This document shows, piece by piece, positions 5,450 to 10,240 of a DNA stretch of 10,240 nt (position 1 is the first letter of the stretch; each line of letters begins with the position of its first letter). The stretch is from a virus (Duplodnaviria; Heunggongvirae; Uroviricota; Caudoviricetes), in the IMG/VR virus record IMGVR_UViG_2778261087_000006; one strand, written 5' to 3'. Both the position numbers and the translations under genes were made by a program. The notes under the pieces were generated by a model. That model made no database searches, was not told where the DNA came from, and was given only the letters and a program-made list of their open reading frames with translations.

Positions 5450-5749
5450 ATGAACGTTAATCAGCAGAAAAATCTTCAAAAAATCATGCTGGCATTCGAC
5501 AAGGACTACCGCCTGTCAGAACAGCTATATGACCGACAAGTTGAACTGATTGAGAGTATCCGGCTTCATCAACTGGCATCAACTTTCGACGTTGTAACAG
5601 TTAAAGGCGTTCGCCAGGAAGTACTGGAGGCCGCTAAAGACAGCCCTGAGTTCGAAGAACTAATGGATGCCTACCGGCGCGAGGCAATGGCAATTATCGC
5701 CCGCTGGGATCTGGCTGATCAGATTGATGGGCAGAGGGACGCGGCATGA
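5450..5749 (+). CDS. Small protein, 99 aa, at the Gam position; possible Gam-like host-nuclease inhibitor
   Basis: ATG at 5450 with GAGGTGGG upstream, and the stop overlaps the exonuclease ATG (ATGA at 5746-5749). Weak local resemblance to remembered lambda Gam C-terminus (DSPEFEELMDAYRREAMAIIA versus [21 protein letters not shown]). Sits just upstream of the exonuclease/annealase pair. Confidence 0.6.
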   Translation: MNVNQQKNLQKIMLAFDKDYRLSEQLYDRQVELIESIRLHQLASTFDVVTVKGVRQEVLEAAKDSPEFEELMDAYRREAMAIIARWDLADQIDGQRDAA

Positions 5750-6567
5750 ATCCGGGAATTTATTTCGATATCAGCAACGAGGACTACCACGCCGGTGACG
5801 GCGTGAGTAAGTCGCAGCTAGATATGGTGGCTAAGAACCCTGCCCTTCTGAAATGGGTGAAGGCTGCTCCGGAAGACGAAGAGAAGAAGTCTGCACTGGA
5901 CATGGGTACTGCTCTGCACTGTCTGCTTCTGGAACCTGGAGAGTTTGACAAACGCTTCATCGTTTCACCGAAATTCGATCGTCGGACAAAACAAGGTAAA
6001 GCTGACGAAGAGGCATTTATTCGTGATGTAGCGGATATGGGGATTTCGGTACTTGATGCAGAGCAGTGGCGAAAACTGGAGCTGATGCGTGATAGCGCAA
6101 TGGCTCACCCGGCGGCACGCTGGATGTTGGAAGCACCTGGTTACTGCGAAGCATCAATGTACTGGAACGATGAAGATACGGGTGAGTTGTGCCGAATTCG
6201 TCCAGACAAATGGCTGAACGAGCACAACGTGATCGTCGACGTGAAAAAGGTTGCAGATATGGACCGTTTTGCACGCCACATCGAGGAGTTCCGCTACCAC
6301 GTGCAGGACGCAATGTACCGCGAAGGCGCAATGAGGGTTACTGGTCAGCCACATGGTTTTTTCTTTCTTGCCGTGAGCGAAAGCATTGATTGTGGTCGGT
6401 ATCCGGTACGCGTGTTCGAGCTGGATGCGCCGGATGTCGATGCCGGGCACGCTCTGTTCCGCCGGGATCTGAATACCTATCACGAATGCCGCATCAACGA
6501 TGAATGGGGCGGAGTGGAAATTATTAAACGCCCTGACTGGGCACGTAAACAGGATATGTACGTATGA
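5746..6567 (+). CDS. PD-(D/E)XK-family exonuclease (RecE-catalytic-domain-like; often annotated exodeoxyribonuclease VIII), 273 aa
   Basis: Catalytic-type motif ...CRIRPDKWLNEHNVIVDVKKV... (PD ... D-x-K). RBS AGAGGGA 6 nt upstream. Translationally coupled to the downstream annealase gene (ATGA at 6564-6567). Confidence 0.8.
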   Translation: MNPGIYFDISNEDYHAGDGVSKSQLDMVAKNPALLKWVKAAPEDEEKKSALDMGTALHCLLLEPGEFDKRFIVSPKFDRRTKQGKADEEAFIRDVADMGISVLDAEQWRKLELMRDSAMAHPAARWMLEAPGYCEASMYWNDEDTGELCRIRPDKWLNEHNVIVDVKKVADMDRFARHIEEFRYHVQDAMYREGAMRVTGQPHGFFFLAVSESIDCGRYPVRVFELDAPDVDAGHALFRRDLNTYHECRINDEWGGVEIIKRPDWARKQDMYV

Positions 6568-7445
6568 GCAATGATATCGCAATCACATCACAACCAGGCG
6601 CAACTGTAGGCACTGCTGCGGCAATCTTCAGCCCCGAGGGCATGAATCAACTGGTGCGTTTCGCGGAGTTGATGTCACAAAGCAAAGCGACTGTACCGAA
6701 ACATCTTGAAGGCAAACCTGCCGATTGCCTGGCGGTGACCATGCAGGCGGCACAGTGGGGAATGAACCCGTTCGCCGTGGCGCAGAAAACGCATGTGGTA
6801 AACGGAACGTTAGGCTACGAAGCACAGTTGGTAAACGCGGTCGTATCCTCTTCCAGCCTGCTGGCGACACGCCTGAATTATCGCTGGAGCGGTGACTGGT
6901 CGAATGTTAACGGCAAAACAGATAAATCACCTAATCTGACGGTAACTGTGTCAGCAGTTCTTAAAGGAGAAGCAGAACCACGTGAGCTTACCATCAGTAT
7001 GGCGCAAGCCGGAGTGCGTAACTCTCCATTGTGGGAACAGGATCCGCGCCAGCAGCTTGCCTATCTTTGCACGAAACGATGGGCTCGCCTGCACGCTCCT
7101 GATGTACTTCTCGGTGTTTACACACCAGACGAATTACAGGAAACGGCACCGCGCGTTGAGCGAGACATTACTCCGCAAACGACCACTGCTGCGGGAATGA
7201 ACAGTCTGATCAACGCTAAAACAGTGAAAAAGCCTGATGAGCAAACGCGTAAAGCGGATAGCCGTGATCCAGAAGAAATGCTGATGGCCTTTACCAGCGC
7301 AGCGATGAATTACAGCACTGTCTCCGAACTAGATAAGGCTTACAAATACATTGCACAAAAACTTTCAGATGATGACGAACTACTGGCAAAAGCCACCGAC
7401 GTTTACAGCGTTCGCCGGGAAGAATTAAACGAAACATCTATGTAA
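6564..7445 (+). CDS. RecT/Redbeta-superfamily single-strand annealing protein, 293 aa
   Basis: Paired with the upstream exonuclease. Local resemblance to remembered lambda Bet (...QWGMNPFAVAQKTHVV... versus ...QYGLNPWTKEIYAF...). Exact subfamily not resolved. Confidence 0.75.
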   Translation: MSNDIAITSQPGATVGTAAAIFSPEGMNQLVRFAELMSQSKATVPKHLEGKPADCLAVTMQAAQWGMNPFAVAQKTHVVNGTLGYEAQLVNAVVSSSSLLATRLNYRWSGDWSNVNGKTDKSPNLTVTVSAVLKGEAEPRELTISMAQAGVRNSPLWEQDPRQQLAYLCTKRWARLHAPDVLLGVYTPDELQETAPRVERDITPQTTTAAGMNSLINAKTVKKPDEQTRKADSRDPEEMLMAFTSAAMNYSTVSELDKAYKYIAQKLSDDDELLAKATDVYSVRREELNETSM

Positions 7446-7452
7446 CCACCAC

Positions 7453-7472
7453 CGCGGCGCAACGCGCGCCGC
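7453..7472 (+). other. GC-rich hairpin between the annealase and AlpA-like genes
   Basis: Stem GCGGCGC / GCGCCGC (7 bp) around loop AACGC (7454-7472). No U-tract follows, so it is not a canonical intrinsic terminator. Confidence 0.3.
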
Positions 7473-7494
7473 ACTGCAACCAAGAGAGGTATTT

Positions 7495-7743
7495 ATGAAA
7501 GGTGCATTAGGTAAGAAGGAACTCCTGGCGGTGGTGCCACTGTCATGGAGCACTATCGACCGTATGGAGCGCGCAGGTGAATTTCCTAAACGCTGGTATA
7601 TCACTGACAAACGCTGCGCATGGAACCGTGACGAAGTTGAGCGTTGGCTTGATGAACGTCAGGCAGCAAGCCCGGCAGAGTTCCAAGGTAAAAAACCTCC
7701 TGTTCAGCAACGTGTATATCGTCCTGTGAGCAACGCTGCATGA
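7495..7743 (+). CDS. alpA: AlpA-family DNA-binding protein (excisionase/transcriptional-regulator-like), 82 aa
   Basis: Typical AlpA/Xis-like signature ...LLAVVPLSWSTIDRMERAGEFPKRWYITDKRCAWNRDEVERWL.... RBS AGAGAGG 5 nt upstream of the ATG. Confidence 0.8.
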   Translation: MKGALGKKELLAVVPLSWSTIDRMERAGEFPKRWYITDKRCAWNRDEVERWLDERQAASPAEFQGKKPPVQQRVYRPVSNAA

Positions 7744-7852
7744 GTGTGCTGCTAAGGCACTTGAGCAAATGGTCATGATGGTACTTATTCCTGGCCTCTG
7801 TTTCAGCATGGCTTTATCTGCTGGCATTAATTTTCAGAGAGGGTTGGATTAA

Positions 7853-8152
7853 GTGAGAAAGTTAAGCCGACTTGAAAAATATCACATGAACAAAGTTTCA
7901 ATGCGCAGCCATTCAAAGGTTGTTGCCGTTACTCCTGCGGCGATAGAGATCGAAAAACGCGCGATTGAAAGAGAGAAAAAAGGGCGGTTCCGCATTGCCG
8001 CCCACCTTTGGCTTCAGTGTATGGATGTTGCTTCTGGTGATGTTGAGCGTGCAAGGATCGCGGTTCGCAGGGACCAATGTATCACAAAAGGTAACGGCCT
8101 TCGCCGTGGCGACTATAGCGGCATAGGATGTTGTGGGGTGGTTTATGACTAA
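7853..8152 (+). CDS. Hypothetical protein, up to 99 aa, upstream of and overlapping the methyltransferase gene
   Basis: GTG at 7853 with GAGAGGG 9 nt upstream, and alternative ATGs at 7886 and 7901. Stop TAA at 8150-8152 overlaps the methyltransferase ATG at 8145 by 8 nt. No family recognised. Confidence 0.55.
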   Translation: MRKLSRLEKYHMNKVSMRSHSKVVAVTPAAIEIEKRAIEREKKGRFRIAAHLWLQCMDVASGDVERARIAVRRDQCITKGNGLRRGDYSGIGCCGVVYD

Positions 8153-8795
8153 GAAATACACACTAATCTATGCAGATCCACCTTGGGTATACCGGGACAA
8201 AGCCGCAGATGGTAATCGCGGTGCCGGTTTTAAATATCCGGTTATGAGTGTGCTGGATATCTGCCGCCTTCCTGTGTGGGATTTGGCCGATGAAAACTGT
8301 CTGTTGGCCATGTGGTGGGTGCCAACACAACCACTCGAAGCACTAAAAGTTGTTGAAGCCTGGGGATTCCGTCTGATGACCATGAAGGGCTTCACGTGGA
8401 TAAAATGTGGTAGTCGACAACCAGATAAACTGGTTATGGGTATGGGACACATGACTCGCGCCAATAGTGAAGATTGCCTGTTTGCAGTAAAGGGAAAACT
8501 ACCTACGCGCATTAATGCAGGGATCGTTCAGTCATTTACCGCACCGCGGCTTGAGCATTCAAGAAAACCAGATATCGTTCGTGAAAAACTTGTGCAATTG
8601 TTAGGCGATGTTTCTCGCATTGAACTGTTCGCCCGCCAGTCGTCTCATGGTTTCGATGTTTGGGGTAATCAGTGCGAAGACCCGGCAGTGCAACTACACC
8701 CTGGATACGCGTTGGATATTGCCAGATTAACAAATGCATTCAGCAATGCTCCGCTGTCACCAACAGACAACCAGGGGCGGGAGCGTGCAGCATGA
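8145..8795 (+). CDS. MT-A70-family DNA N6-adenine methyltransferase, 216 aa
   Basis: N-terminal MTKKYTLIYADPPW carries the DPPW catalytic motif typical of MT-A70 phage methylases. The track ORF begins at an upstream GTG (8133); ATG 8145 is preferred, with GGTGG/GGGG just upstream. Confidence 0.85.
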   Translation: MTKKYTLIYADPPWVYRDKAADGNRGAGFKYPVMSVLDICRLPVWDLADENCLLAMWWVPTQPLEALKVVEAWGFRLMTMKGFTWIKCGSRQPDKLVMGMGHMTRANSEDCLFAVKGKLPTRINAGIVQSFTAPRLEHSRKPDIVREKLVQLLGDVSRIELFARQSSHGFDVWGNQCEDPAVQLHPGYALDIARLTNAFSNAPLSPTDNQGRERAA

Positions 8796-8986
8796 ACAGG
8801 GCATCACCAGCAGATTTAAGGAAATGCCTTGAAACTGCAAACATGCTTGCACACAGCGGGATCAGGTTTGTTCCAATTCCCGCTGTCACTGATGCTGAAT
8901 TTGCAACACTGTCAGCAATATTCACAGATAAAATTGAATCACTGGCAGCAGAAGCCGAGATGGAAGAAAATCAGCAGAATAATTAA
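8792..8986 (+). CDS. Hypothetical small protein, 64 aa, translationally coupled to the methyltransferase
   Basis: In-frame ATG at 8792 inside track ORF 8672-8986, and it overlaps the methyltransferase TGA stop (ATGA at 8792-8795). Ends 3 bp from the integrase stop on the opposite strand. Confidence 0.5.
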   Translation: MNRASPADLRKCLETANMLAHSGIRFVPIPAVTDAEFATLSAIFTDKIESLAAEAEMEENQQNN

Positions 8987-8989
8987 ACG

Positions 8990-10240
8990 TTATTCCCCCG
9001 CCATCCACTTCTCAAACTTCGACGGGGAGAACGGAATCAGATCCGTATGCTCCCCGTTAATCCAGGAATCAATCATATCGGCCCACTGCTGCAACATGTA
9101 GGCGCGCTGTCTGGCGTATTCCGCTTTGTTATATACGGCGCGCACACCTTTCTGCTCATGTGCCAGAGCCTTTTCAATCCAGTCTGAAGGATAACCAGCC
9201 TCATGCAACAACGTACTGGCTGTACGGCGCATATCGTGTACGGTGAAATCCTGAATATGCTCACCATCTTCATTTATTATTTTCACCGTTCTGTCGATCA
9301 GAGAGTTCAGCGCGGCATTAGATAATGGCTTCCGGAAATTGTAACGACCAGGAACCAGATATTCATTTCCACCAGCGCACATCTGCAACCCGACCAATAT
9401 ATCCTGAGCCTGTTTAGGCAGGTAAATAACATGCGCCCGGCTTCCCTTCATGCGGTCTGAAGGAATTGTCCATGTCCATTTTTTAAAATCTATTTCATCC
9501 CACGTTGCATTGGTGAATTCGCCCTTACGAACCATAGTGATAAGCACCAGTTTTAAAGCCATTTTCATAGTGCCCATAGCACCAATGGCATCCAACGTGC
9601 GGAAGAACAGGCCAATTTCTTCTGGTGTCAGTGTTCGCTCTCGTGGTTTAAATATGGCGATAGACGAAGGCTTAATGTCAGCCGCAGGATTAAACAAACC
9701 ATGACCACGGTCATTGGCGTGACGGTATACGCTGCTGATGATCTCCCTGGCCTGCACTGCTGTTGCCCGGCCACCGCGTTCGACAATCCGGTCACACAAA
9801 TCACGAACCATCGATGTGGTAATTTCAGCCATCATTTTGTTGCCAAGAACCGGAAGTATGTCACGGTCGATCACTGCCTGCTTCATTGCGCGGGTACTTT
9901 CAGCCAGGATGACGTGTTTCATATAACTGTCGGTATGTACCGCAAACGTTTCGGCACCACGAATCTTTTTGATGCCGTCACGTTTAGCAGCAGCCGGTGA
10001 CTGGCCTGCTTTAAGCAGCTTCTTTGCAGCAATCAGTTCTTCTCGCGCTTCTGCCAGGCTGATACCGTCACGCCCATACTGCCCGATTACCAGTGTTTCG
10101 CGGCGACCGTTGATACGGTAGTCATAGCGAAACGAGACCGTACCTGACGTAAGCACAGCTACATACAGCCCGTCACGATCGGAGACCTTGTACAGTTTGT
10201 CCTGCGGCTTGAGGTTTTTTAATTTTGTATCGGTAAGCAC
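8990..10240 (-). CDS. int: Tyrosine recombinase / phage integrase (P4-type, N-terminal arm-binding domain), 416 aa
   Basis: N-terminus MLTDTKLKNLKPQDKLYKVSDRDGLYVAV... aligns with remembered P4-family integrase N-termini, and the catalytic-domain Y/R/H signature lies toward the C-terminus (...HDMRRTASTLLHEAGY...). First codon is GTG exactly at the window edge (10240-10238), so the upstream RBS and att site are not visible. Confidence 0.9.
   Translation of the reverse strand: MLTDTKLKNLKPQDKLYKVSDRDGLYVAVLTSGTVSFRYDYRINGRRETLVIGQYGRDGISLAEAREELIAAKKLLKAGQSPAAAKRDGIKKIRGAETFAVHTDSYMKHVILAESTRAMKQAVIDRDILPVLGNKMMAEITTSMVRDLCDRIVERGGRATAVQAREIISSVYRHANDRGHGLFNPAADIKPSSIAIFKPRERTLTPEEIGLFFRTLDAIGAMGTMKMALKLVLITMVRKGEFTNATWDEIDFKKWTWTIPSDRMKGSRAHVIYLPKQAQDILVGLQMCAGGNEYLVPGRYNFRKPLSNAALNSLIDRTVKIINEDGEHIQDFTVHDMRRTASTLLHEAGYPSDWIEKALAHEQKGVRAVYNKAEYARQRAYMLQQWADMIDSWINGEHTDLIPFSPSKFEKWMAGE

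Noticed and set aside
6017-7200. ORFs 6017-6331, 6154-6582, 6628-6870 (minus) and 6189-6389, 6982-7200 (plus) within the exonuclease and annealase genes
   Set aside because: They are shadow ORFs inside two translationally coupled genes with recognisable motifs.
7425-8161. Minus-strand ORFs 7425-7610, 7543-7827 and 7913-8161
   Set aside because: They are antisense to the AlpA-like and 99-aa genes, with no promoter or RBS evidence.
8168-9273. ORFs 8168-8512, 8536-8739, 8740-8925 (minus), 8829-9101 (plus) and 9073-9273 (minus)
   Set aside because: They overlap the methyltransferase or integrase genes in other frames or strands, so they are shadows.
9450-10000. Plus-strand ORFs 9450-9704, 9701-10000 and 9738-9926 opposite the integrase
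   Set aside because: They are antisense to the integrase coding sequence.
1-10240. tRNA, rRNA or an integration-site tRNA near the integrase
   Set aside because: No segment shows cloverleaf-type complementarity or rRNA-like conserved blocks; any att/tRNA target would lie to the right of the integrase, outside the window.

Overview
This window reads as the early region of a lambdoid (lambda-like) prophage in an enterobacterial genome, laid out in mirror image to the lambda map with the integrase at the right edge. I found no CRISPR array, tRNA or rRNA, and no clearly novel multi-gene system; the unexplained candidates are listed as findings. Left to right: (1) minus-strand 'rightward early' operon: Cro-like HTH gene (3126-3356), zinc-ribbon gene (2775-2975), O-like replication initiator (1944-2759) with an internal iteron array (2354-2460), lambda P-like helicase loader (1162-1962), then a terminator-like hairpin and a separate promoter in front of a small PD-(D/E)XK-motif gene (700-1044), a 151-aa hypothetical (183-638) and a partial ORF (1-186). 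(2) Immunity switch: a 194-aa two-HTH repressor-like gene (3511-4095, plus) divergent from the Cro-like gene, with no LexA/CI-type S24 autocleavage domain. (3) After a strong intrinsic terminator (4117-4141), a pL-like promoter (TTGACA at 4188) drives a tightly coupled plus-strand operon: 53-aa ORF absent from the ORF track, 344-aa coiled-coil protein, 99-aa Gam-position protein, PD-(D/E)XK exonuclease, RecT/Redbeta-type annealing protein, AlpA/Xis-like protein, 99-aa hypothetical, MT-A70 adenine methyltransferase, 64-aa hypothetical. (4) Convergent tyrosine integrase (8990-10240, minus). The most distinctive signal is a 15-17 bp palindrome, ATTACC-N5-GGTAAT, present eight times and only in intergenic regions, overlapping every candidate promoter. 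All calls rest on reading the sequence and remembered family motifs; no database search was run.
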